From NCBI GenBank assembly GCA_002269645.1, contig NIVC01000667.1, forward strand, positions 420,703-484,702: 64,000 bases of DNA, read 5' to 3'. The stretch comes from Macrostomum lignano. Its lineage: Eukaryota. Position numbers and translations under genes: made by a program. Below the pieces are notes generated by a model. The model did no database searches. It was not told the origin of the DNA and saw only the letters and a list, made by a program, of their open reading frames with translations. Shown here in pieces: positions 29,634 to 40,282 of this stretch (position 1 is the first letter of the stretch; every line of letters begins with the position of its first letter).

Positions 29634-31965
29634 TCACTGTTCAATCGCCGGAACGGCCTCATTTTGCTCAGGCTTTTCCTTCTCATCAGGATCCTCTTCT
29701 TCCTCCCGTTGTTGCTGAGGCTGCTTTGCAGCAGCTGCAGCCTCATCCTGGCCCGTGAGTCGCTCCTCCCTCTGCCGCTTGTGCATTCGAACTATTCGAT
29801 GTTGGCGCCTGTTCGATTTTAGCGGCGACTCTCGAAACAGAATCAGTGCGTCCGAGCGGCCGACGCCACGGAGACAGCGAGCCAGGTGCGCAATGCTGGC
29901 GGAGGGCCGTCTTGACCAGGTGTGCAGCATCTCCCGGATGGCGAGCTGGTTGCCACCGCGAAGGGCCTGGCGCTCCAGGATTGACAGCTCGACAGGTGTG
30001 AGGCCTGTGAGGATTTAACAGATGACCAGGTGATTCTCGAGTGTCTAACGGGTGATTCTCGAGTGTCTAACGGGTGATTCTCAAGTGTCTAACAGGTGAT
30101 TCTCGATTGTCTAACATGCGATTCTCTAGTATCTAACAGGTGATTCTCGAGTATCTAACAGGTGATTCTCGAGTATCTAACAGGTGATTCTCTATAGTAT
30201 CTAACAGGTGATTCTCTAGTGTCTAACAGGTGATTCTCGAGTGTCTAACAGGTTATTCTCGAGTATCTAACAGATTCTACGGTATCTAACAGGTGACTCA
30301 AAATTCAAAGGGAAAAATCCAAGGCTTCACATAAGAGTGCAAAAATGTCTGAACAGTAATGCATCGAAAAGTCTTTTAATAGTGTACAGTACTTCATAAA
30401 CATCATTATAGCATTTTTGCTTTAATGGAATGCTATATTAAAGGCAATAAATATTTCTCACATTACTTACAGTCTCGCAGTTGTCATTTTTAGTTGTCAG
30501 TTTTATTTCAGAGAAATGTTTTGCAGGAAAAATATTGCCGATAAATTTTGCCTAACGATGCATGCATTTCAGTCTTGGTTCGATGAGCAAATGGCTAATT
30601 GTTTTCCCCATTGCTTTGTTTAATTAAAATATTTTCCAGACAAAATTAACCATTGTTTCTATGCTGAAATTTTCCAAGAGCTCTATACTGATGCGATTAT
30701 TTTGTTTGAAAGAGAGGATGCAGAAGAGAGACTAACTAACTCAAATATTCATTGTGTTCTCAGTTTTTACAACGCCCACTCGCCTGTTTGAGTTTTGACT
30801 AAACTGCTCGTAAATAGGAAAATAAAATTTATTTTGTCTTAAAATACACTCGTATGTACTGCCTATTCTACTCTACAAATAGGTAAGTAGTATGCTTTGC
30901 GTTTTGCTGCTAAACCTATCTGCGGGTTTAATCGTTCTAACTTTTAAATAATATCATGTAGAATAAGCACCGAATCTGTTGTTATTTATGGTCCCAAACC
31001 TGATATTGTTTACTGGTATGGTCCCAAACCTGCTATTGTTTACTGGTATGGCGCCAAACCTGATATTGTTTACTGGTATGGTCCCAAACCTGATATTGTT
31101 TACCGGTATGGTCCCAAACCTGATATTGTTTACTGGTATGGTCCCAAACCTGATATTGTTTACCGGTATGGTCCCAAACCTGATATTGTTTACTGGTATG
31201 GCGCCAAACCTGATATTGTTTACCGGTATGGTCCCAAACCTGATATTGTTTACCGGTATGGTCCCAAACCTGATATTGTTTACCGGTATGGTCCCAAACC
31301 TGATATTGTTTACTGGTATGGCGCCAAACCTGATATTGTTTACCGGTATGGTCCCAAACCTGATATTGTTTACTGGTATGGCGCCAAACCTGATATTGTT
31401 TATGGCGCCAAACCTATTATTGTTTATGGCGTCACAACTTCCACAACTCACCCAGCTCACTCGCCAGCCGTCGCCACCTATCGGGATCAGCATCGTTAGC
31501 CAGAATATTCTCCAATCGTTGCATCCGCGATCCTGACAGTTCCCTCAACAGTCGCCGTCCGTCAACTAGAATATTGTCCTCGGTTGGCTCGCTGCCGCCG
31601 AATCCGCTATCGGCGCTGCGACGCTTCGGTCGACGACATCCGGAGGAGTTGGCTGCTGTTAGGGGGAACTGGAACAGCACCAACTGCTCCTGATGCTCTG
31701 GCTCCTGATGCTCATGCTCAGGCTGATGCTGCTGTCGCAATGCTGACTCCACCGCAACCGCCTTCTCCTCGGTTGTCGACGTGCCCGCTCTTCTCAGCAT
31801 CTGTTTGACAAGGATCCAGGCCACTAAACCGAGGATCAGGCAGCCGAGCAGGCCGCAGTACACGGGCAGCAGGTCGGTGCCTCCGAGCAGGCTGCCAGCG
31901 CTGCTTGACGAGGCCGAAGATGACCAGCTTGGGGACAGCGGATCCGCACCTGCAGATGGAGACAT
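29634..31965 (-). CDS. p75NTR/NRADD-like single-pass death-domain protein; exons 31452..31949 (or from local ATG 31965) and 29634..30004
   Basis: TM segment DLLPVYCGLLGCLILGLVAWILVK resembles p75NTR NLIPVYCSILAAVVVGLVAYIAFK. Juxtamembrane ADSG. Death domain WRRLASELG|LTP...MLHTWSRRPSASIAHLARCLRGVGRSDALILF. Phase-1 GTGAGT/CACAG intron. N-terminal start is uncertain. Confidence 0.8.
30028..30297. repeat. 22-bp minisatellite (TCTAACAGGTGATTCTCGAGTG)n
   Basis: Direct reading. Confidence 0.92.
30972..31428. repeat. 30-bp minisatellite (CCAAACCTGATATTGTTTACTGGTATGGTC)n
   Basis: 10-aa periodicity PNLILFTGMV. Confidence 0.96.
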
Positions 31966-32733
31966 TTTGAGCTTAAATAGTGAGATCTGGAGTTGCGTGG
32001 ATGATGGGAGTAGAGTGCTCCGATGTAACATGGTTGTACATGTGACTAATGAAGCGAAATAAAATTTTAATTAATTAATTAGCTGAACATATGGGGATGT
32101 AGCTTAGTAGCTTAAGGAACAATTTGTGTCCTTAAGCCAGACAATTTAACTCTGAATTGCTTCAGTTGACCTAGATGTTAAATTGGTGTAATGCAGCATA
32201 GGGCAGGTGTAATCAATAATTGTTATTATTTCCATCTTTTTTACTTGTAAAATGCTGTTTAAGAAGTCCATGCGTAAGAGAACCTTTAGAATTTTACGAG
32301 TATTTTTTTACGACACCTAATATAAATTATGTTATACAATACACACCATTTCAGCACATGCTGTATCGGTTTTAGGCGCATAAAATCGATTTTTTCATAC
32401 TTGTCCCAATATTATAGAACCAAAGCATTTTTAACGATTAATCAATTAAAGGCATTACCTCGCCACTTTTAATTCTCGATCCAGTCGATATATTTAGCTG
32501 TGGACCAATTAGTGGTGAATATATATGTACATTTGTCGACCATAAAAATTTTCTCTAAGTATCCCCTACTATAATGGAGATTTATGACTCTTCAAAACGG
32601 TTTGCATTATATTATACAACGGCGTTTAATATTGGACAGGCGAACAATAAGATAAGAGCAATGAAATCCGCAGATAAGCTATAACGGCAATTATCCGGCC
32701 AAAATTATTCTATTAATTATATATCGCTTTGAC

Positions 32734-32969
32734 CATGGGTTCGGCAACTCCCTCCACTCCACGGCCCGCAAAGCCTCTGCATCCGGCCCTCGGGTCCTTT
32801 TAAACTTTACAATGGAAATCCGGCCCGCTTTAGGTTTTGTCTTTTCTCAGCTCCCTTCTCTCTGATCTCCGCTCCTCTCTTCTCTCCTCTCTCTCTCTCC
32901 TCTCCTCGCCTCCTGTCATGCGCTAGGTTCTCTATCTGGCCTTTGAGGTAAAAAAGTTTGCCGATCCTG
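32734..32969. mobile_element. Degenerate hAT-type MITE
   Basis: Imperfect TIRs CATGGGTTCGGCAACT / AGTTTGCCGATCCTG with internal CGGCCCGC and ATCCGGCCC motifs typical of small hAT elements. TSD is degenerate. Confidence 0.55.
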
Positions 32970-33082
32970 CTCTGGACGATCTAATCAATGAGACTTTATA
33001 GAGTAGTCAAACAAAACGAGATCACATGTATGTATATGCTCCCCTGTATACAAACCAGCACGAGCGATGTAAAGAAAACCAA

Positions 33083-33347
33083 GGCCATAGACTATACGCC
33101 CCGTTTAGGGAATGGCCATAGAGTCCATAGACTATGGATTGGCCTCTACGGAGGGTTTCCGGAAAGTTCTGACACTTAATCCGACGCCAAAAACAGTAGC
33201 AGCTGCAAGCACAACTTTGGTGTCATTTTATAGTACGCGTGAAAAACCATCGCAATTCGCAATGCCACTGATAGTCTTACAGTAACAGGTGAAGTACATA
33301 ACTTAGTCAGTTTTCTATGGATCTTATTGCTGGCTATGTCTATGGCC
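33083..33347. mobile_element. Possible MITE with GGCCATAGAC termini
   Basis: 10-bp inverted termini GGCCATAGAC / GTCTATGGCC and an internal repeat of CCATAGA. Confidence 0.3.
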
Positions 33348-34299
33348 TATAGGCTATAGCCTCGGAGCAACGATACGAGCCGTATTCAATCCTTATATTA
33401 TGGCTAGAGAATCGAGCTTTTGAAGATCTTTTAATTGTTTATGAGGGGGCTCAATTGCGTTACTTCTACTAAGGATTGAAGAAAAAACAAAATATCCTCG
33501 TCAATGGGAATTCATATCCCCGCTAATCCAGACCGGGAAGGGGCTACTTAAAATTCAGCTTCAGTCGACGCCAGCCTCTTAATTAAAATACCTAATCAAG
33601 ATTCAAGAGGATCGTGTCCCAAGGAGACAGTCGGACTACGAGACTATACTATTAGTAACTATTATATATATGTTATAGTATTTCGGAATTAGAATGAAGT
33701 ATACATAGTACTTTTAGTAGCTTCATCTTTCATGCGTAAAGTTAATTTTTGTATGATAATATAGTTGTTCGCTTATTCGTCATAACCTAGTCATGCAGTA
33801 TACATTGCTTCCATACATCTAAATATAGGTGACCTCATATTGCACTGAAATCTACGCTAGTACCATGAAACATAAATTATAGTTTAAAACCGTGATGCAG
33901 TCGTTTGGACTTAAGTGTACTGAAACAACTCTAGACTTTTTAATGCTTTCATTCCTGTAAAAAAAACGTTTTCTCACTGCGGTTGTGTCAGCAAGGAATT
34001 CCCAATCCTAATCTAATCTAACACGCCTACGCAGTGCATTGCAGCAGCAGTGCTAATGCTAAGCTGCGAAGATGAGGATTTCTTATTCAAATGTGTTTCT
34101 CTCGAAGCTTTCTTTGATTTCACCGAAAACATTTCTTCCGTTCCTCATTTCCTACTACACTTAGATTTCATCTTCGTCTAGAACGTCCTTAAATTAATTT
34201 CCCTTTTCCACTTATTTTCTTCGCTGACGAGTGACGTGCTGTGCGAAATTGCTAAGGAAGACTGAAAGGCAAAACTAAAATTTCCACTTTTTCAACTAT

Positions 34300-35058
34300 T
34301 GGTTTTATGGCTTTCCCTTATGCCCAGCTATAGAATGAAGGGCATTAAAGGCAGGCGGGTCCCCTACCGGTTCAACCCATGCAAAGAAATAAAAGAGAAC
34401 CAAATTACCCTCTCCCTTGCAAAAAAGACTTTTATGACCCAACACCACAGTGCAAGAGCCAGGCCCGAAGCTATTTAGGAGCTTTGGTCTGGGCGGGCAG
34501 GGGTTAAAATGGGGTGGGCGGTTTGAGGTTGTAAAGCCTACCACCCCTGACCGCCCAAACACCAAAACAGCGTGGTCAACCAACGGGCAAGACCAGACCC
34601 CCTAAGGAGGGATGGCCTACTAAGGCGGGGTGGTTGCTTGAGGTTGTAAAACCACAGCCCTAAAAACTATTTAGGAGAGAGTAAAGCCTGAAACTGGGGT
34701 TGACGGCTGAGGTTGTAAAATCGTACCCTTATTCCACAAACCCCGCCGCAGAATAACCGCCAACTGACTACCCCTCCCTGTCCTCCGCTTTTCTCTTCTC
34801 GGGGCTTTGGGTTTTGGGGAGGGTAATTTTAACATCAAAAGCCCAAAAAAAAAACCGCGAAGGCCTGCCTCTTTTAAGGGTTATGGGGGGAGGCTAGCGG
34901 GGGCTCATTATAAATGCTAGCGGCCCGCTGGTCACCCACCTCAGCTCCAATCAGCCTCCCCCAAAAATGCCCTCCCCCGCCAAATGGCTCCGAAAGACCC
35001 CTCAAGTTCCAAGCTTGGAGTTGGGTTGGGACCCCGGAGCAATGATTTACTACTACTA
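34300..35058 (+). mobile_element. GC-rich structured element ending in a (TAC)n tail; possible retroelement 3' region
   Basis: GC-rich island in AT-rich DNA with three hairpins sharing a TGAGGTTGTAAA loop. 3' end CCGGAGCAATGAT+(TAC)n resembles CCGGAAGCACTTAT+tail of the other family. No TSD found; left boundary approximate. Confidence 0.4.
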
Positions 35059-35766
35059 GCGTCAGTATCGCCGGCCAACCACACACTGGTTGGCCTGGCC
35101 GTCTTAGCTTAGTTTGCTGAACGCGTGCGTTTTCGCATGTGGTTGCAATTGCAAATTACAATGCTTTTAACGATTAGTAATTCTCGTACATTATCGTACA
35201 CTATCGATCCCTTTGGTTTTGAATTGGTTGGAAATTCATTTTAATCTGGGTTTGATTAAACATAAAAAATCAATAATATTGCAATGATAATGAATACAAA
35301 AAATACACGGGTATCATAGACATAGAGAGAGGTCAGTGTTTAGTTAGCTAAAGAATCGGTAGCGGACAGACTCACGATAGCAGTTGAAACCATATCTTAT
35401 CTCCATCTCATGTGGTAGGAAAATATATAATTCGGATGTACCGTGGGGGGGTGCATGACCCTCATCGGCCTCATGGCATGCCTAAGACCGGAAGCAAGCT
35501 GTAAAGCAGCTTCAGTTACCCTGCAGGTCCAATTAGATCGTAAATAGCGCATCAATATATGGATGCTGTATATACTATTAGGAATTGAGATCGGAATTAC
35601 CCGGGTTGCTATTTATTGCAGTATCAATGCAGTATGCCCATTGCTAATTCACTCACAAAGGATGCTGTACACAGTATAAAACTTTAGGCGTCTTCATGGT
35701 CAAGTAAACTCGTAAAGCTATTCAAGCTATAGCTATTGTGTTCGTATTAAGGATTGGAAGAAACGG

Positions 35767-37487
35767 GAGACAAGAGACAAGTCACAACAGAGACAAGAGA
35801 CAAGTCACAAGAGACAAGTCAAAAGAGAGAAAAGACACAAGTCACAACAGACAAGTCACAACAGACAAGTCACAACATACATGTCACAACATACATGTCA
35901 CAAGAGACAAGTCACAAGAGACAAGTCACAAGAGTAGGGGTGTTCGGGGTTCGGGGTCGGGTCGGGTTTCGGGTCGGGTTTTGGTACCGGGTTCGGGGTT
36001 CGGGGTAGGTGTTCCGGGTCGGGTTCGGGGTTCGGGGTAGGGGTACCGGGTTCGGGGTTCGGGTCGGGTTTGGCCACCGGGTTTTCGGAGTTTTCGGGGT
36101 TTTGAACAATTATCATTCTCAAGAGTATTTTCAAGCACTTTTTACTCCTTATGCAAAATCCACAATGCGAAAGATATGCATTGAGTTTCAGGTACAACTT
36201 AAGTTATATTTTACATACAATTTGAAACGAAAATAGCAGATAGAACCATGGATTCATTTACACTTTCTGGTAAATAACGATTGTCGTTTTTCGACCCATT
36301 CAGTCTTGCAGTTGATGATTTAAAAAATTACGTTCAGTATTAATTTTACATGTGCTACGTGTAACATGGAATGAACTTCTGGATTGGATGAGGAAGCTTA
36401 AAATTTATAAATACACTATTATTCTCCACGCATCAGTCGCCAATAATCAATTATCACAATGATTACCTACTCATATCAGCATACAATTTTATGTAAAGAC
36501 GTCACTTTAGTTTTTACATAGCAATTCTGTTATACAACTACTGACTTACTGTTAACTGTAGTCAAAAGTAAAAATAAATATATATTTGTGATTAACTCTC
36601 CTGTTTCATTGTATCTTTGTTTTATCTGTGCTATCTCTTTATCGCTCTAGTTCTATCTCTACTGATATCTACACTACAGGGTATAATCTAATTTTATTGT
36701 ACTCTATTTTTGCAGCTTAAATAAACTCATAGATGTAATATTACTATGAAAGCAATTTCGTTGTAAGTATAGGTACGAAATGGTCCTGATTTTAGTTGTG
36801 AACTTTCATGTATCTTACTAATTAGATCTTGGGTCTTGGTATTCCTTCCATCTCAATCCCAATCCCATTGCAAGAAGTATACCATTTACACTTATACAAC
36901 AAATATAAACCTGTGTTTGTCCCAAGTCATTCATGAGCTAACGTCGCGCCCAAAAGGCTTACAATTGAAGTGAAGTACAAATGAATATTGTACCTTTATC
37001 GGTGGAAAAAGTGTATTAATTTATTAAAATGATTGACCAAAATAAGCGTGAAAATGTTCGGGGTTACGTTCGGGGTCGGGTCGGGTTTTGGTACCGGGTT
37101 CGGGGTTCGGGGTTGGAAGAAATGTTCGGGACGGGGTTCGGGGTTCGGGGTATGGGTACCGGGTTCGGGGTAAACCCCGAACCCCGAAAAAATGGCCGAC
37201 CCGAACACCCCTACACAAGAGACAAGTCACAAGAGACAAGTCACAACTGACAAGTCACAACAGGCAAGTCACAACAGACATGTCACAACAGGCAAGTCAC
37301 AACAGACAAGTCACAAAAGACAAGTCACAAAAGAGACAAGTCACAAAAGATAAGTCACAACAGAGACAATTGAGACAAACCACAGGCAAGTCACAAAAGA
37401 CAAGTCACAAAAGAGACAAGTCACAACAGACAAGTCACAAAAGACAAGTCACAAAAGAGACAAGTCACAACAGACAAGTCAGTGAGA
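35767..37487. repeat. About 14-bp (AGACAAGTCACAAG)n array split by the hAT element (35767-35934 and 37214-37487)
   Basis: The same array continues on both sides of the TSD. Confidence 0.9.
35935..37213. mobile_element. Non-autonomous hAT-superfamily DNA transposon, 1279 bp
   Basis: Perfect 14-bp TIR TAGGGGTGTTCGGG / CCCGAACACCCCTA, 8-bp TSD CACAAGAG (35927-35934, 37214-37221), subterminal TTCGGGG arrays, AT-rich non-coding interior. Confidence 0.88.
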
Positions 37488-38215
37488 CACAACAGGGGCA
37501 TCCCTAAGCCCAAAGTAAAAACAATAGCTATTATCTGAATTTATGATAATAACAATACATATAAAATGCAGCCCATATCGTGGGGAGCTATATTGATTCT
37601 CCTTTCCTAACTTCTTGTGCTGCAGCAAGCAAAAGAAAGCTGCACATTTGCTGCACAGCAATTTATTTGAAAAGGGTCTGACCGCCAAGCCCCCCATCCC
37701 ACCGCCATTGCTAAGCATGCAGCAGCAGCGGCAGTTGTAAATTTTCAAAGCAATTTTTATTGCCACATAGCTAATAATATGCATATAATATATGAATACA
37801 CTATACTAAGGCATCGGATCCATCTGTAAGCTTAGCTATATATAGATATTTATTGTGGCCCCTCTGGTGCTGTCCGAAATGGAGATTTCCGTAAAGAACT
37901 GTAGGCGCTAAAGAAGCACAAAGCAAGCAAGCACTCTCCTCTCCTCCCCCACTCCGCTCCCGCAAGCGCAAACGCGATGTATGCGTTTAGTTGCGATGCA
38001 ATGTCCAAGAATGCAAAGTTTTACGACTTGCTCATATAAAAGTCGTGTTTGTCTGTGACTCGATATGCGTCTGCATAATTCACCATTTGCTTGGCCTAAA
38101 TACAGTATAATTGCCGTTGCCTGCAGTTGACGGTGGAGCCCTTTGTGCAGCAGATGTGCTCTTGCTTAGCAACCATATTGTAGTCAAGGCGGTCAAATAA
38201 GTTTTAGGGGCGCCT

Positions 38216-38690
38216 ATTAAAAGGGCTACCGATGAGGGGCGCCTATTGAGGGGGGGCGCCAATTGAGGGGCGCCGATAATTAAGAGGCGCCGATTGAAGG
38301 GGGGGGCGCCGATTGAGGGGCGCCGATTGAGGAAGGCGATTAATAGGGGCTACCGATTGAGGGGCGCCGATTGAGGAAGGCGATTAAAAGGGGCTACCGA
38401 TTGAGGGGCGCCGATTGAGGGAGGCGCCGATTGAGGGGGCGCCGATTAAAAGGGGCTACCGATTGAGGGGCGCCGATTGAGGGGGGCGCCGATTGAGGGG
38501 GGCGCCGATTGAGGGGGCGCCGAATGAGGGGAGCCAGTTAAGGGGGGCGCCGAATGAGGGGAGCCAGTTAAAGGGGGGCGCCGATTGAGGAGCGCCAATT
38601 GAGGGGGCCGCCGATTCATTGGGCGCCGAATAAAAGGGGCGCCGATTTAGGTGGATGCTTATTTACCGAGGGGATTGGGGCGCCGATTAC
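38216..38690. repeat. Degenerate 15-18 bp GC-rich array (GGGGCGCCGATTGAGG)n
   Basis: Direct reading. Confidence 0.9.
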
Positions 38691-39338
38691 AGAAAGATTA
38701 ATTATTTTAAATAAGCCAAAGCCTTCAAAGGGCTTTTCTATTTTTTCCGATTTCGGGGATTAATGATCATAGAAGATGAGGATGGAAAAATCTTAAAAGG
38801 AAATATGCTTGGCATAGAAAGCATGGAGTTTGATACCAAAATTATTTTCAATATAGAAATCGCAATTTTTGATGAATTTCCAACGGTCATGATTGGGGCC
38901 TATAGGCGGCGGAGTGCTCATACACGTAATATTCCCCAACTGGGATTTTGCCATGCACTGCAGGCGACACGCGGCGGGAATTGGCCGAATTGGGGATATT
39001 TTATCCGCGGACGCACACGATGCGATGGAATTTCGATTTCCATATTGGCGGCCTGGATATTTTATACGAGTTTTTAAGGATTTAAGCCTATAATATTGGG
39101 ATTTTTATGCGGAACCATGGACGAAAATGTGTTTTTGCGTTCTTTTTTAAGGCCAAGCATGTATAGCTTTAGTGGCATGCATAAAATATTTATAAAATTC
39201 CTAACGCAGATCTCATAATATAATTTTGGGGCTGCTCTTTTTGCAGTAACTGTATACATGCATTTCACATTTCTAGCGATTGCTCAATTCTATTTGGTAG
39301 AATTTGCTTTAGTAGAGTTACTGCGGCATCCACCCAAG

Positions 39339-40057
39339 GATCTGGAGGGTCTAGCAGCACCCACTGAAGGATCTGGAGGGTCTAGCAGCACCCACTGAAG
39401 GATCTGGAGGGTCTAGCAGCACCCACTGAAGGATCTGGAGGGTCTAGCGGCACCCACTGAAGGATCTGGAGGGTGTAGCGGCACCCACTGAAGGATCTTG
39501 AGGGTCTAGCAGCACCCACTGAAGGATCTGGAGGGTCTAGCAGCACCCAATGAAGGATCTGGAGGGTCTAGCAGCACCCACTGAAGGATCTTGAGGGTCT
39601 AGCAGCACCCACTGAAGGATCTGGAGGGTCTAGCAGCACCCACTGAAGGATCTGGAGGGTGTAGCAGCACCCACTGAAGGATCTGGAGGGTCTAGCAGCA
39701 CCCAATGAAGGATCTGGAGGGTGTAGCAGCACCCATTGAAGGATCTGGAGGGTGTAGCGGCAGCTACTGAAGGATCTGGAGGGTGTAGCGGCACTCACTG
39801 AAGGATCTGGAAGGTGTAGCAGCACCCACTGAAGGATCTGGAGGGTGTAGCGGCACCCACTGAAGATCTGGAGGGTCTAGCAGCACCCACTGAAGGATCT
39901 GGAGGGTGTAGCAGCACCCACTGAAGGATCTGGAGGGTGTAGCAGCACCCACTGAAGGATCTGGAGGGTGTAGCAGCACCCACTGAAGGATCTGGAGGGT
40001 GTAGCAGCACCCACTGAAGGATCTGGAGGGTGTAGCAGCACCCACTGAAGGATCTGG
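39339..40057. repeat. 31-bp minisatellite (GATCTGGAGGGTCTAGCAGCACCCACTGAAG)n; repeated at 44516-45172 and 49636-50292
   Basis: 31-aa periodicity; about 23, 21 and 21 units. Confidence 0.97.
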
Positions 40058-40123
40058 TGAGGTTTATACACGGTTTATGAAAATAACGTACATATGCTTA
40101 AAGCACAGAGAACTGTCAATTAC

Positions 40124-40282
40124 CTTGACTGCTAACATGAATCACTGCTGTCGAGTTTTCATTATCGTTTTGATCGCCAGAAGTCAGCGCTAGATTTCCG
40201 TTGTCAATCAACTCCTTCCAGCTTGCTGGCTGCTGTGACAGAGCAGGCGGCATAATTTTAAGGAAATGGAAATTATCTCTGA
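40124..40282 (-). CDS. Putative upstream exon of the p75/NRADD-like gene, copy 1 (in-frame ATG at 40253)
   Basis: Acceptor TTATAG, donor CAAG|GTAATT, open frame MPPALS...NENST...VSSQ ending in phase 1, compatible with the acceptor at 31949. Confidence 0.4.

Noticed and set aside
33176-33226. Signal-peptide-like MTPKLCLQLLLFLASD upstream of the p75-like gene
   Set aside because: It stops after 16 codons with no good donor site.
34224-34248. CTGACGAG...CGAAA hammerhead-like core
   Set aside because: Stem II is poorly paired and no NUH cleavage triplet with stems I and III can be formed.
34524-34719. TGAGGTTGTA similarity to let-7 or a tRNA-Tyr anticodon loop
   Set aside because: The let-7 seed is TGAGGTAG, the motif sits in loops rather than a duplex arm, and there is no tRNA cloverleaf.
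37625-37740. Possible plus-strand terminal exon ending KPPIPPPLLSMQQQRQL*
   Set aside because: Short and low-complexity, with no partner exons identified.
39339-40057. CRISPR-like appearance of the 31-bp and other arrays
   Set aside because: Units are directly adjacent with no unique spacers, there are no cas genes, and the context is eukaryotic.
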